Assembly (NCBI GenBank): GCA_039815375.1
Contig: JBCBZJ010000002.1
Coordinates: forward strand, 32,001-96,000
Direction: 5' to 3'
Length of the DNA stretch: 64,000 bases
Source: Verrucomicrobiota bacterium
GTDB taxonomy: Bacteria; Verrucomicrobiota; Verrucomicrobiia; Opitutales; Coraliomargaritaceae
The first letter of the stretch is position 1; every line of letters starts with the position of its first letter. Of this stretch, positions 1 through 10,310 are shown in pieces. The position numbers were made by a program, and so were the translations under genes. The notes beneath the pieces are model-generated. The model did not search any database. It was not told the DNA's origin and saw only the letters and a list, made by a program, of their open reading frames with translations.

Positions 1-866
1 TCCACAGGCACGTCTTTGTCGAAATTTCGAGTGAAGACGACGATCAATTGCGAACGCCTGGCCGAGACTGGCGTGATGTTAATATGGATGATATGCTCGC
101 GGCCACCCGGGTATCCGATGGATGTGCGTGTGCAGAAAGGAAGAAAGAGCGTGCGGTGCATGTGCCGTTGGAGCTGGTTCGTGTCTTCAATCGGCGAGTC
201 ATCCGGATTGTGCGCTAAATAGTCGAACTCCATCGTCATCTCGTAATCGTTCTCGCTGAACGCATATTCCGCGCCTTGAGTCGCGCTCGATTCTTGCCCG
301 AATGTGTTGCGATGTACGTAGGAGAAGTGTGCGTTGTCGATAAAGTTCTCGATCGCTCGACCGGCTGAGCAATCCCAAAGCTCGGGTCCCATCGTGAAGC
401 GCAGGTAGTCCGGGTTGCCTGCTTCGGGTTCCCACGTGGGTAAACGGTTTTTGGGCTCGCCACTGAGACAGACCCAAATGAGTCCATACTTCACTTCATG
501 CAGGTAGGTCTCCAGCCGGATACGTGAAGGTATTTTCCAGTTTGGATCGCTCGGGACTTTGCTACAACGGCCATCAGCTTCGTATTCGTATCCGTGATAC
601 GGGCAGACAATACAACTGCCCTTGATCCAACCCGCTGTCATCGGGGCTCCACGATGCACACAGAGGTCCTTGGCGACGATGTAGCGATCGCCCAGTCTTG
701 CGACGACCAGGTTTACATCAAGCAACTGCTTTGTGATCGGTTCATCCGAGATTTCCTCCTCCAGCGCAACCGGATGCCATTGGCCAGCAAGCGCCAACCA
801 ATCCGATTCCGAGAAGGTGCATTCTTTCGGATATCTTGCGGTAGCGAGTGCCAGCGAGGACAACAT
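1..866 (-). CDS. Rieske non-heme iron oxygenase alpha subunit (VanA/NdmA-like demethylase family); 3' end runs off the window
   Basis: Not in the ORF track. Manual minus-strand translation from ATG 866 is open to base 1: MLSSLALATARYPKECTFSESDWLALAGQWHPVA...DLCVHRGAPM...IVCPYHGYEY (Rieske CxH..CxxH)...AIENFIDNAHFSYVH (mononuclear Fe motif). Confidence 0.92.
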   Translation of the reverse strand, partial: MLSSLALATARYPKECTFSESDWLALAGQWHPVALEEEISDEPITKQLLDVNLVVARLGDRYIVAKDLCVHRGAPMTAGWIKGSCIVCPYHGYEYEADGRCSKVPSDPNWKIPSRIRLETYLHEVKYGLIWVCLSGEPKNRLPTWEPEAGNPDYLRFTMGPELWDCSAGRAIENFIDNAHFSYVHRNTFGQESSATQGAEYAFSENDYEMTMEFDYLAHNPDDSPIEDTNQLQRHMHRTLFLPFCTRTSIGYPGGREHIIHINITPVSARRSQLIVVFTRNFDKDVPV

Positions 867-935
867 GGGTTGTTGAGAGCAATGTCTGTTCCAGATTTTC
901 TCTTCAAAGTGGCACGTATGCGGCTCAACAGCCTT

Positions 936-2369
936 ATGTCCGCATATGTCATCTGGGCTGGGTTGTTTTTGGCCCTCTATATTCTCTGGTTGGTTTCGCT
1001 GACCTTCAGATCCTGGGTGAGCAAGCCAGGGAGTTTGCGCGACTATTTCCTGGCGGGAAATGATGTGGGTTTTATTCCTTCTGTTCTAACCTTTTGGGCC
1101 ACTTATTTTAGCGCGGCCGCTCTGATTGGTGCCTCAGGCTATTACTATATCCACGGGATCGGTAACTTCTACTTTGCTTCGCTCGGATACTTCATACTTG
1201 CTGGTATCACCGGCACCGTGGGCGTGCGCCTGTTTCGCCTTTCTCGAGCGTATCCTGAGATTCGGTCACCTATTCAGCTTTATCTCCGGTCTTTCCGGTC
1301 GCCTGCGCTTGAGATGCTCTTTCTCGTCGTGACGTTGCTTTGCCTAGTGCCTTACATGGCGGCACAAATCACCGGGTTTGCTTGGTTAATCGAAAGTGCG
1401 ATTGGCCTGCCTTACCTTTGGACGGCGGCGGGAGCACTCGTGATAATCTTCCTCTATTCGGAATCAGGTGGTTTGAAGAATATCGTTCGCACCGACGTGG
1501 TCCAATCGTTGATGACGATTGTGGGCTGCATCGGGCTTATGGTGGCCTTTCTCTGGATTTACTGGGACTTTGATTTCGGCCGATTTCTCGAAGATGTGGA
1601 TGCGCTTCATGAACCTTCGCTTTTGGGACTTCCGGGGCCGAGGAATTTTTATACGCCCATCATCATCGTGAGTCTTGCCGTTTTGATCTCTGCAGGTGCA
1701 GTGCCGATGGCCCACAACGCACAGCGCTATATGATCGTTCGGGAGCTCAAGTATTTGAAGCGCCTGGTCTGGATGTTTCCTTTCATGGGTATCTTTGTGA
1801 CCTTTGTGGCGATGGTTCTCGGCTTGGGTGGGGCAGTGCAATTTCCGGGCCTCGAAACCGGAGACCAGGTAATTGGCAAGGTGACCGCCGCGGTTCCGGC
1901 TGTGATTGGGGCTCTGGCAACGATTGGTATTGTTGCGTCCACCATGTCGACAGCCGATTCGATTCTTCTAAGTGTTGGATTCATCGTGAGTGAGCAAAAG
2001 TATCGCGATCGTGCTCAGCAGGACGCTAAAAGCGTCCGTTCCTTAAACCGATGGTGCACGGGTGCAGTTGCGATCTTTTCGTTTGCCGCAAGTATTCAGC
2101 CGGGATTAGTGACAGAGTTTGCTTTCAACGCCTTCGGGGGCATGCTTCAGCTCGCTCCGGTCATGTTTGCCGGGGTTTACGAGCTTAGGATCTCGAGGCA
2201 ATGGGCTTTTGGCAGTAGCTTGCTTGGGCTGGGCATAGTTATTCTAGGTAACACACCGATTTACGGTCAGTTGCCAATTGCACCTGTCCCGCATTACTTT
2301 ACCGGATTTGTTCTGGCGACCGTGGTTCTACTGGTCGGCTGGGTTAGGGGGCGAACACAGCCCGTCTGA
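936..2369 (+). CDS. Sodium:solute symporter (SSS) family transporter
   Basis: DYFLAG, ATYFSAAALIG, GGLKNIVRTDVVQ and ASTMSTADS motifs with many TM helices. True start is probably ATG 936 (or 918), because the 594 start overlaps the Rieske gene. Confidence 0.88.
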   Translation: MSAYVIWAGLFLALYILWLVSLTFRSWVSKPGSLRDYFLAGNDVGFIPSVLTFWATYFSAAALIGASGYYYIHGIGNFYFASLGYFILAGITGTVGVRLFRLSRAYPEIRSPIQLYLRSFRSPALEMLFLVVTLLCLVPYMAAQITGFAWLIESAIGLPYLWTAAGALVIIFLYSESGGLKNIVRTDVVQSLMTIVGCIGLMVAFLWIYWDFDFGRFLEDVDALHEPSLLGLPGPRNFYTPIIIVSLAVLISAGAVPMAHNAQRYMIVRELKYLKRLVWMFPFMGIFVTFVAMVLGLGGAVQFPGLETGDQVIGKVTAAVPAVIGALATIGIVASTMSTADSILLSVGFIVSEQKYRDRAQQDAKSVRSLNRWCTGAVAIFSFAASIQPGLVTEFAFNAFGGMLQLAPVMFAGVYELRISRQWAFGSSLLGLGIVILGNTPIYGQLPIAPVPHYFTGFVLATVVLLVGWVRGRTQPV

Positions 2370-2438
2370 TTGGAGCTGCTCAATAGCTAGAAGAGTTCAT
2401 CGATAGATTGAATGGAATATGATATGCTGTTGGAACCT

Positions 2439-2906
2439 ATGTTCAAAATAATCAAGCGAGTTATAACTCTCAACCTTCTTGGCTTTTCGGCAGTGCTCAT
2501 AGGCACTGGCTGTGCGACTCGAACGGTTGATCCCGTAGTCGACATTCGCGCGTCAGCGGAGGCGAACCAGTGGATGGAAACCTCGCTCTACTTCGGGCTA
2601 CGTCGTGTTGGTGGAAATGCGCCCTTTAAAGGTATTACCGAAGAGCGATGGGTTCAGTTTCTCGACGAAGAAGTTTCTCCGCGTTTTCCAGCCGGGTTCA
2701 CTGTGGTCGATGGATACGGTCAATGGATTCATATGGAGAATCCTGACAAGACGCCAAACCGTCTGGTCTCTAAGGTGATTATTCTGCTTCACCCTTCGAC
2801 GGAGGAATACCGGGCCAGAATCGAAGAAGTGCGGGATGTTTTTAAGGAGCAGTTTGGCCAGGAGTCCGTCCTTCGCGTTACTTTGGCTGCAGAAGTGTCC
2901 TTCTAA
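2439..2906 (+). CDS. DUF3574 family lipoprotein
   Basis: Lipobox-like LIGTGC; LYFGL...FLDEEVSPRFPAGFTVVDGYGQW...FGQESVLRV. Confidence 0.8.
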   Translation: MFKIIKRVITLNLLGFSAVLIGTGCATRTVDPVVDIRASAEANQWMETSLYFGLRRVGGNAPFKGITEERWVQFLDEEVSPRFPAGFTVVDGYGQWIHMENPDKTPNRLVSKVIILLHPSTEEYRARIEEVRDVFKEQFGQESVLRVTLAAEVSF

Positions 2907-3013
2907 GAGAGAACATTCCATGAAGGCCACCAAGTGTTTACGGTGTGCATCCTTCGTGTTTCTCGAAGGTAAGTCACGGTGTAAGCTGCTTCTTTTTCGG
3001 GCGATATCTATCT

Positions 3014-3538
3014 ATGCATTTATCTACCGTATACTTCCGTCGTTTTTTTATCTTTCTTTTCTCGCTGCACCTCGCGGCATTTGCATTTGGAGCAGGCTCA
3101 CCTTCGAAAAAGTCTACAGTGAGTGCGGCGGATCGTGAAAAAGAGGCAATCGAGCTCTACAACTCTGGAACTCAACTCCTTTTCGAGTCGAATTACGAGG
3201 CTGCTGAAAAAGCGCTAAAAAAAGCACTGAAGAAGAATAAGAAACTAGCCGAGGCTCACAACAACCTTGCTTTTGCTCTTCGCAAACAGGGAGCCAAGCA
3301 ATTCAAGCAAGCTTTGAAGCACTACAACACCGCTATCGAAATTGATTCCGAGATTGCCGAGGCGCGAATGTATCGAGGTGTTCTTTATGTCGCGATGGGT
3401 GAGGAAGCGCTTGCGAAAAATGATTTGAAGTGGCTCCAGTCGAACTCGCAAAAATTGGCAGTGGAGCTCGAGTGGGTGATTGAAAACGGCAAGGAAAAAG
3501 AGCCCGCTCAGTTCTTTGGTGTGTCGCAAAGAATCTAA
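3014..3538 (+). CDS. Exported tetratricopeptide repeat protein
   Basis: Signal-like N-terminus; TPR motifs AEAHNNLAFAL and AEARMYRGVLY. Confidence 0.8.
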   Translation: MHLSTVYFRRFFIFLFSLHLAAFAFGAGSPSKKSTVSAADREKEAIELYNSGTQLLFESNYEAAEKALKKALKKNKKLAEAHNNLAFALRKQGAKQFKQALKHYNTAIEIDSEIAEARMYRGVLYVAMGEEALAKNDLKWLQSNSQKLAVELEWVIENGKEKEPAQFFGVSQRI

Positions 3539-3670
3539 GCGGATGTAACGCTTTCCGGTGATGGTAAGAAGTTGATCAGGGTGTCCTTGGTATTTCTCCT
3601 TACTCGTGTCTCCTTTGGTCTAAGGATTCCTGCAGCCTTAAGTCAGACCATAGGGAAGTGATCATATATA

Positions 3671-4228
3671 ATGGTGTTACGTCATCTCGCGATTCTTGTT
3701 TTGTTTCTCTGGTCCGCTGTCGCCGAGCAAATGATGAAACCACTTTTCCAGTTTACGGGCGATGCTCCAGCGAAGCCGTGGCATGCTACGAACGATGATG
3801 TGATGGGCGGGCTGTCGAGGGGCGAAGCAAAGCTCGTTGAGGATGGCATGCTCTTCAGCGGTGTCCTCTCTCTCGAAAATAATGGTGGTTTTTCCTCGGT
3901 CTATGCAGGTGGCCTTTTCGATCTTTCAGATTACACAGGTCTACGCTTTAGCGTCATGGGCGACGGCCGAACCTACGAGCTGCGGCTCAACAGTGATGCG
4001 ATGTTCCGCTCACGCAGCCCCGTTTCTTTTCGTCAAACCTTTGATACGATAGATGGTGAATGGATCGAAGTGTTTATACCCTTCAATGAGCTCAAGCAAA
4101 GTTGGCGTGGTCGCCAGCTCTCAGGTTACATTTTCAATCCCGAGAAGATCAGCCGCATCGGCTTCATGCTGACCGACAAGAAGCCCGGTGAATTCGCGCT
4201 TAGGGTCCGTTGGTTGGGTGCAGAGTAA
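3671..4228 (+). CDS. CIA30 family protein
   Basis: NDDVMGGLS, LSLENNGGFSSV, GDGRTYEL, DKKPGEFAL. Confidence 0.9.
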   Translation: MVLRHLAILVLFLWSAVAEQMMKPLFQFTGDAPAKPWHATNDDVMGGLSRGEAKLVEDGMLFSGVLSLENNGGFSSVYAGGLFDLSDYTGLRFSVMGDGRTYELRLNSDAMFRSRSPVSFRQTFDTIDGEWIEVFIPFNELKQSWRGRQLSGYIFNPEKISRIGFMLTDKKPGEFALRVRWLGAE

Positions 4229-4289
4229 AAGAGAGTGTTTAATTGCTTCAAAAGCGACTGATTGAGTCCTATTCTGGTTCAATTCCTGC

Positions 4290-5345
4290 ATGATACCCGG
4301 TATGTGCCGGATACTGGTCTTTTTTCTCTCGCTGTCATTCGTGCCGCTCTTCGGAGTTGAGCTGCATGAGGGATCTCTCAAAGGTGCTCCCTACCGTGTG
4401 GCGGTTCCGGAAAAATGGGAGACGGGTAAAGTATTCTTTCATGTCCATGGCTGGCGACCGGATGACGCCCTCCATCAGGCGGACCTCGACTTGAAAGATC
4501 CTTTTTACCAGAGTCTTTTGAAGCAGGGTTGGATTATCGGACGCACAGCATTTTTAAAGAACGGGGTCGATCACGACGCACACACAGTTGCACTGCGGGA
4601 CCTGAAATCGTGGATTGAGGAAAAGTTCGGCCCAATTAAGATGCTTATTCTGGAGGGCGAATCGACCGCTGGAACCCTTGTGCTTCGGATTGCTGAGCAG
4701 GATGTAGATCTCGCGGACGGTGTCATAGCGATGGGTGCCTACATCGACCTGAATGACCCGAGCGTGGATTCTTATCTTTCGGCTACACCTATGTTGCCTT
4801 CGATTTTGATGAGTAACATGACCGAGATCGCAGATCCACTAAAGTATGCAGTCAAAGCCGAGAGCGCTGTAATTCAGCCTTCTTTATGGCCTTTACTGCG
4901 GCCTGGACATGTCAATGTGAACTGGGTCGAACGGAAGGAAGCTTTAACGATGATGGTGCAAGCTATCGAGACTGGTGTGCCTTTGCCGCTTTTGACCGAT
5001 GGCACGCGTGCGGTGCCAACACGTGATACGGGAACATCGAAGGAGGACGGTGCAATCGTAAATGTTGTTACGGCAATCAATCCGTTTTACGGTAACGCCT
5101 TCCTGGGATTTCATCCGGACGAGCTTCTCTCTGCTGGACTGGTAAAAGGTAAGTCTTTTGAGATCGAGATTGCCGGGAATAGCTGGCCCGTTCTCTTTGG
5201 TGATTCCTATGGCGACGTGCCTCTGGGTGAGTGGGTCGCATTTCCGACTGCCGACGAGTTTATTCTTCTTGTCCGGAATCACAAAAGTGCGGTTGAGACA
5301 GCCGGACTCGAAGTGGGAGACCAGGTCCGTATCAGCTTGGAATAG
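4290..5345 (+). CDS. Exported alpha/beta-hydrolase-like protein fused to a SAM hydroxide/halide adenosyltransferase C-terminal-like domain
   Basis: N-terminal part has HVHGW and LEGESTAG (nucleophile-elbow-like). C-terminal part INPFYGNAF...FGDSYGDVPLGEWVA...RNHKSAVETAGLEVGDQVRI resembles the DUF62/fluorinase C-terminal domain. Confidence 0.6.
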   Translation: MIPGMCRILVFFLSLSFVPLFGVELHEGSLKGAPYRVAVPEKWETGKVFFHVHGWRPDDALHQADLDLKDPFYQSLLKQGWIIGRTAFLKNGVDHDAHTVALRDLKSWIEEKFGPIKMLILEGESTAGTLVLRIAEQDVDLADGVIAMGAYIDLNDPSVDSYLSATPMLPSILMSNMTEIADPLKYAVKAESAVIQPSLWPLLRPGHVNVNWVERKEALTMMVQAIETGVPLPLLTDGTRAVPTRDTGTSKEDGAIVNVVTAINPFYGNAFLGFHPDELLSAGLVKGKSFEIEIAGNSWPVLFGDSYGDVPLGEWVAFPTADEFILLVRNHKSAVETAGLEVGDQVRISLE

Positions 5346-5517
5346 GCAATTTTCTGAGATTTGATGTTCTTTGCGTGCAAGTAGAAGTGACTTTGCGCGA
5401 AGGAGTTGAGCAAGAGATTTAATCGAAGTGACGAGTGAATACGTCCAGAATTGACTACGTTAATAATGCACCTTGGGAAATAGAATTTGCCGTGGTGTCC
5501 CCGATGATTCAATAACT

Positions 5518-7113
5518 ATGGCCATGTCCAAAACCATTCATACTCTTATTCTCCTTGGTTCATTACTTACGTGGAATATTACGGCCCATGCTTCTGAAAG
5601 CAGCGCTCCGCTCTTGACGGTTTGTATCGAGAGTTACGAAGAGCTTATCGCCAGTGTGAACGAGCTTTCTGCAGCGATTGGGCAACCCGGGCTTGGTTCG
5701 ACACTGCCAATGATGATCGGACCTGGTGTCGTGAAGCTGGTGGATGAGGCGAAACCATGGCATGCTGCGGTATGGATGGAGTCGATGGTATCGCCTCCAA
5801 TCATCGCAGTTTTCCTTCCAATTACAGACTTCGAAGCATTTGAGGCTGCGATGCCATCGACTATAATTGGGCAGAGTGGGGCGAGTTTTTTCGATGCCGG
5901 CGATTCGGTTTTGGCATTGACGAGCAGTCCAGGTGTTCCAGTGCCGGAAGTCTGGTCGGAAAAGGCTCTGGCTTACACCTCAAATTTGGCAGTTCAGCCG
6001 AAGGAAACGATCGAGGTGAGTTTTGTTTTTAATGAGCAGATTCGGGCGGCTGCAATAGGCATGCTGGCAGCTTCGGAGCAGCAGTTACTCGCAAGCTTTG
6101 ACCAGTCGGATTATGAGGCAACGGGGATGGCTCCGGAGGAGATGAAAGGCCTGATGCAGGGTTACCTGGACTTCTATAAAACCGGGCTCAAGGAGACTAA
6201 GAGTATCCGTGTCGGATTGGGTATTCAGAATGAAGCGCTTGGTTATACTTTTGGCATTACCCCGAATGAGGGAAGTAGTTTGGCGGATCTTGCCCAATCA
6301 CAAAACGTGGACATCTCGTCGTTGGCTACCATGGTCGACTGGGACTCGGACCTTGCGATTGTTATGGGCATGGCGGATTTGCCTGTATCCTTGCAGACTT
6401 GGTCGAAGACATTGATGGAGGCGACAATGCCCTTTTACGGTTTGGAAACGAATGATGCAGCTGAGTGGGTTCAGGTCATCGAGAATACTACACCATTCCG
6501 TAGTGCCATGAGTGTGGATTTCGACGATGGCATGACCTTTTCAGGGTTCTATGAGATTTTGGATTCGCCTGCTGGTGAGGTTTACGAGAATTGGATCAAG
6601 CTGACTGAGTCTTTGAATTCAGAGGAGCAGGGAACCTCATCCTACTATTCTAAGATGGAGATAAAACGCGGGTATCGCAAAATGGATGGCCACGAGATCG
6701 ATCTGGTGGAGACCAGTCTTAATCAGGGTCATCCCATGTTTCAACTACCTGAGCAAAAGGAGGCTATGGATCATTTCTTTAAGGACGGCAGATTTGTCTA
6801 TGAAATGGCTCTGGTCGAGAATCGCATATATATTGCAACTGAGGGTAAATTGAATTTATCCGGAAAAGTTGATTCAGCGATGCCGGCCTGGCTATCCATC
6901 GGTCCAAAAACGCGTATGGTTTTCTCGATGGATTTCGGGGCGATCATGAAGATGGCTATGAGCATGTCGGGCGAACCGATCCCCGCCGTTTTTTCTGCTA
7001 TCGAGTCTGGTCAAGCACTGTCCACCAGTATTGTTGAGATCGATGGAACGGAGATCATTGTGAGAAGTGCTTTTCCGCTCTCTATATTGGAAGCAATGAC
7101 GGCGATCGAATAA
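5518..7113 (+). CDS. Hypothetical exported protein
   Basis: Long ORF with a signal peptide ending AHA; no family recognised. Confidence 0.75.
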   Translation: MAMSKTIHTLILLGSLLTWNITAHASESSAPLLTVCIESYEELIASVNELSAAIGQPGLGSTLPMMIGPGVVKLVDEAKPWHAAVWMESMVSPPIIAVFLPITDFEAFEAAMPSTIIGQSGASFFDAGDSVLALTSSPGVPVPEVWSEKALAYTSNLAVQPKETIEVSFVFNEQIRAAAIGMLAASEQQLLASFDQSDYEATGMAPEEMKGLMQGYLDFYKTGLKETKSIRVGLGIQNEALGYTFGITPNEGSSLADLAQSQNVDISSLATMVDWDSDLAIVMGMADLPVSLQTWSKTLMEATMPFYGLETNDAAEWVQVIENTTPFRSAMSVDFDDGMTFSGFYEILDSPAGEVYENWIKLTESLNSEEQGTSSYYSKMEIKRGYRKMDGHEIDLVETSLNQGHPMFQLPEQKEAMDHFFKDGRFVYEMALVENRIYIATEGKLNLSGKVDSAMPAWLSIGPKTRMVFSMDFGAIMKMAMSMSGEPIPAVFSAIESGQALSTSIVEIDGTEIIVRSAFPLSILEAMTAIE

Positions 7114-7152
7114 GGTAAGCAGCTACCTTTTACAGTTGTGTTCTGGAGCCAG

Positions 7153-8172
7153 TTAATGCGCCGCGTCCAGATGCTCCCGAAGCAGGTCTCGGCCAAAGTC
7201 GTTTTCGAAGTCGCGCCATACTGTGTGCGAATGGTTGCCGCTGGTCTGCACGTTTGCGTATTCCATCAAAAACGTTGGTCCTTGCAGGCGATAATACATC
7301 GGCTTGCCTAACTTGCCGTCTCCAGACCATACAAAATAGACTGCCTCGATTCCTGCTGCGTCAATCTTTGCCCAGTCATCGTGGGCATAGTGAGCACGGT
7401 AGCGGTCAATATACTCGGCCAGCAGGCGACGAAGCTGGTCCCTCTGAGATTCACTCATTTCACGGGCGGGAAGTCCTTCGATTGGCAGTGGCTCGACTTG
7501 ACGTTCGGCGCGGGTGATTATCTCCCTCGGCATTTTTCCGATAACTGCCTTCGAGCGCTGTGTGGGGTCCAGCATTTGGAACAGCTTCAAGGCCTCTTCC
7601 GCCTCACCTTTCAGAGGATGAAATCCTGCGTGCTCGCCTTCATTAATATGGTCCGGGTTGGAGCCGAAAAATGATGGAGTGACCGCGACTTTTTTTCCAT
7701 CAATCACGGTTAGGTTGATCGAAAGATGGTGCCCTTCCAGACTCGCGCCCCAGCTTGCACCCGGTGCGGGTTCACCGAAAATGGTGACGTTATACTTTTT
7801 AGGGTCTCGGCGGTCCGACCGATTCGAGCGTTCCCATAAAATTCTTTCTGCATCGACAATACCTTCGGCCTTTGTGACGCCTGAGTTGCTTAGCGCTACA
7901 TGAAAGATCGCCCAGGATAATGCTTCTTGCTTCCCCTTCATATCAGCCCAAGCCAGCCCTTTGCGTTGCTTGGGGAAATAGTGCCAGTCCTCGCGATCCG
8001 GCGTATTGAATGGCAGCTGTGCGGTTTTGCGTTGCGCCTCGTCTAAAGAATCGAGAAAGGCCTGCGCCGCTTCGATTAGCGGTTCAACTCCGATGTGGTG
8101 CTTTCCAACTAAATTGGAGGAAGAGAGTAATAGTGAAGTCAGAGCTATCAGTGTGATCAGGGTAGAGCGCAT
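7153..8172 (-). CDS. DUF3500 family protein
   Basis: WHYFP, EGHHLSIN, TPSFFGSNP, YYRLQGPTFLMEY, NHSHTVWRD. Confidence 0.88.
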   Translation of the reverse strand: MRSTLITLIALTSLLLSSSNLVGKHHIGVEPLIEAAQAFLDSLDEAQRKTAQLPFNTPDREDWHYFPKQRKGLAWADMKGKQEALSWAIFHVALSNSGVTKAEGIVDAERILWERSNRSDRRDPKKYNVTIFGEPAPGASWGASLEGHHLSINLTVIDGKKVAVTPSFFGSNPDHINEGEHAGFHPLKGEAEEALKLFQMLDPTQRSKAVIGKMPREIITRAERQVEPLPIEGLPAREMSESQRDQLRRLLAEYIDRYRAHYAHDDWAKIDAAGIEAVYFVWSGDGKLGKPMYYRLQGPTFLMEYANVQTSGNHSHTVWRDFENDFGRDLLREHLDAAH

Positions 8173-8307
8173 GTATTATTCTGCTTAATTTTGAGTCCTT
8201 AGAACAAGCACATTACTAGCTATGCTGTAGAAAATACCACTTTTCCTTTCCGACAGCACTGTTGGCCAGCCTAAGATACTGGCGATGAGAAGAGTGCCGG
8301 TGATACG

Positions 8308-8841
8308 TCAAGGTTTTTGCTCAGGGTGATGGAGTAAGAAGCGGTATTCCACTTTTGACCAATAGGGCCCGGCGTAATCGATTCCAATACGGGGTGTTCG
8401 GGTGATGTCTTCTGCGCTCGAAATGAAGTTCTCATTCGGCTCGATCCAGAGGCCATTTTCCTGGCCGAGACGCAGGCTATTGAAGCGACCATCGATGCCG
8501 AGGCCACGGGTTAGCTTTCCTGGGCCGTCATAGTGTCCGGCACCTCTAATAAGAACCGCAGCAGGGTAGCCCTCGGCTCCGGTGACGATATTCAGAAGCC
8601 AGTGTATTCCGTAGCAGAGATAAACGTAGTTGCAGCCTCCGCGCTGAAACATCACTTCGGTGCGCTTTGTTCGACGATTCATATGGGCATGACAAGCTCC
8701 GTCCTCGGGGCCGTCGTAAGCTTCTGTTTCGTTGATCATCAACCGCTGAATTTCGCCCGCTGAATTTCGCAGGCAAAGAAACTGGCCGATTAAGTTCTCA
8801 GCGATGGAAATAGTATCAGAACTCTCGAAATCGATTATCAT
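8308..8841 (-). CDS. mpg: DNA-3-methyladenine glycosylase (Mpg/AAG family)
   Basis: ETEAY, YVYLCYGIHWLLNIV, AAVLIRG, GPGKL, PRIGI. Confidence 0.93.
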   Translation of the reverse strand: MIIDFESSDTISIAENLIGQFLCLRNSAGEIQRLMINETEAYDGPEDGACHAHMNRRTKRTEVMFQRGGCNYVYLCYGIHWLLNIVTGAEGYPAAVLIRGAGHYDGPGKLTRGLGIDGRFNSLRLGQENGLWIEPNENFISSAEDITRTPRIGIDYAGPYWSKVEYRFLLHHPEQKP

Positions 8842-8961
8842 TTGCTTGAGTGAGTTTTTTGAGCATTCGTGAAAATCGCAATTAAGCGCAATCGATTATT
8901 TATACACCCTGCAATGATACTCTGAATGCGCCGTGGGTAAGAGCTCCTGCCTTGTGAAACG

Positions 8962-10089
8962 GTGATTGAGCTGTTCTATATGGTTATGTCTCAACTGAAA
9001 TTGGAGCTGGCCGAGGGGTGGGCAGAAGTGGCACCGCGTTCGGATGCGCCTGAGTTCGTGGCTGAGGTTGATGGACGTTTGGTGCACCTTGGGTCCGACT
9101 TCAGCTGCAGGCGAGACTTTGGTCCAGTCGGTCCGGTGGAATGCCCATTGGCGATCGATCAACTTAACCTTCGCGTTTTTCGATATGTATCTAAAGCAGG
9201 CTTCGGAAGTGGTCAGGACTACAGCCATATACGCGCTTTTGATCTAAGAACGGGTAAGAGCTTTCCGGTCATAGAGCTTCCGTTGAATCAGTGGGTGCTT
9301 TGGATGCTCGAGTGGATTGGTGGCAGCGAGGGGAAAGTTGGGCAGCTCATTGGCCTGGTTGCCAGTGACCGCACGAATGCACGGGGCGTTACTATTGAGC
9401 ACCAGTTGTTTGCACTTACTCCGGGAGAGCCCGCCATCCGTCGTAGGCCGCTTTGTCGGGATGCATACCGCCCGCTGGCCTTTAGCCGAAGGCGGCGCGA
9501 GTTGGTCTTCTCAGGAGCGGAGGGAACCTACCTCCTCGGACTTAATGGTGAGCGTAAGCAATCGCTATTCAAGGGGCGCTGCACAACAGCAGAAGGTGCC
9601 TCCTTCGATCCCTTGGGTGCTGCACGAGTTGTTTTAGCTGGGGGAGGAATTCACATCTGGGATACTGAATCCGGTCGCTGCAATCAATTGGCGGCAAAGG
9701 GCCGCCACCCGGTTTGGTCGAGTGACGGCCATCGGATCTACTTCAGGGAGAGCAGTTCGGATTTGCATTATATCGATCTTTCAAACGGGGAGCGGACTTG
9801 TCTTCTCTCAGTAGCAGGACAACAGGCGCGCGAGCTTTGGTTTGCCCAGCCGATTTGCTTTAGTCCGTGCAGTCGCTATGCTGCGGCTCCTGTCTCATCA
9901 AGGAGGCTGCGTGGTGTGCAACAAAACGCGAGTTCCGGTGGTGAGCGTGAGCGGGTCTATCGCTACGCGCATGCCACAGTGATCATGGATTTTGAAAAGT
10001 GCGAACTCTGGCTATGCGAAGGTATGGCCTCTCGGATCGAATGGTTGGGAGGTGCTCGTAAAAAAGTTCCCGCTTCAGCTGTTTGCTGA
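8962..10089 (+). CDS. Hypothetical protein with TolB/WD40-like beta-propeller repeats
   Basis: PVWSSDGHRIYF, IHIWDTESG, FSPCSRYAA; start codon uncertain. Confidence 0.6.
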   Translation: MIELFYMVMSQLKLELAEGWAEVAPRSDAPEFVAEVDGRLVHLGSDFSCRRDFGPVGPVECPLAIDQLNLRVFRYVSKAGFGSGQDYSHIRAFDLRTGKSFPVIELPLNQWVLWMLEWIGGSEGKVGQLIGLVASDRTNARGVTIEHQLFALTPGEPAIRRRPLCRDAYRPLAFSRRRRELVFSGAEGTYLLGLNGERKQSLFKGRCTTAEGASFDPLGAARVVLAGGGIHIWDTESGRCNQLAAKGRHPVWSSDGHRIYFRESSSDLHYIDLSNGERTCLLSVAGQQARELWFAQPICFSPCSRYAAAPVSSRRLRGVQQNASSGGERERVYRYAHATVIMDFEKCELWLCEGMASRIEWLGGARKKVPASAVC

Positions 10090-10124
10090 AAGGGGTAGCT
10101 CAGCGAGCAAGTCGTCATTCGTAT

Positions 10125-10310
10125 GCTACCCGATGTCGACCGCACGTGCAATTTGAAGCCTCATGACGAATGCCTGCTTAATGAAGTCCTTGTTCTTCTG
10201 CCTAAAAGCTGCAATCGTATCGTGATCAGGATGATGATCTGCCGTAAGATAACGAACGGATACGTTCTAGTAAGTTGCTCGCCTAATCTTACGTGAAACT
10301 CTGACTGTAG
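10125..10310 (-). pseudogene. IS1182-family transposase remnant
   Basis: Manual translation SRKIRRATY*NVSVRYLTADHHPDHDTIAAFRQKNKDFIKQAF matches the PDHxTIxxFR motif of IS1182/DUF772 transposases; in-frame stop. Confidence 0.75.

Noticed and set aside
594..917. N-terminal extension of the SSS ORF in the track
   Set aside because: It is mostly the antisense of the Rieske gene (1-866); the transporter sequence starts at 918 or 936.
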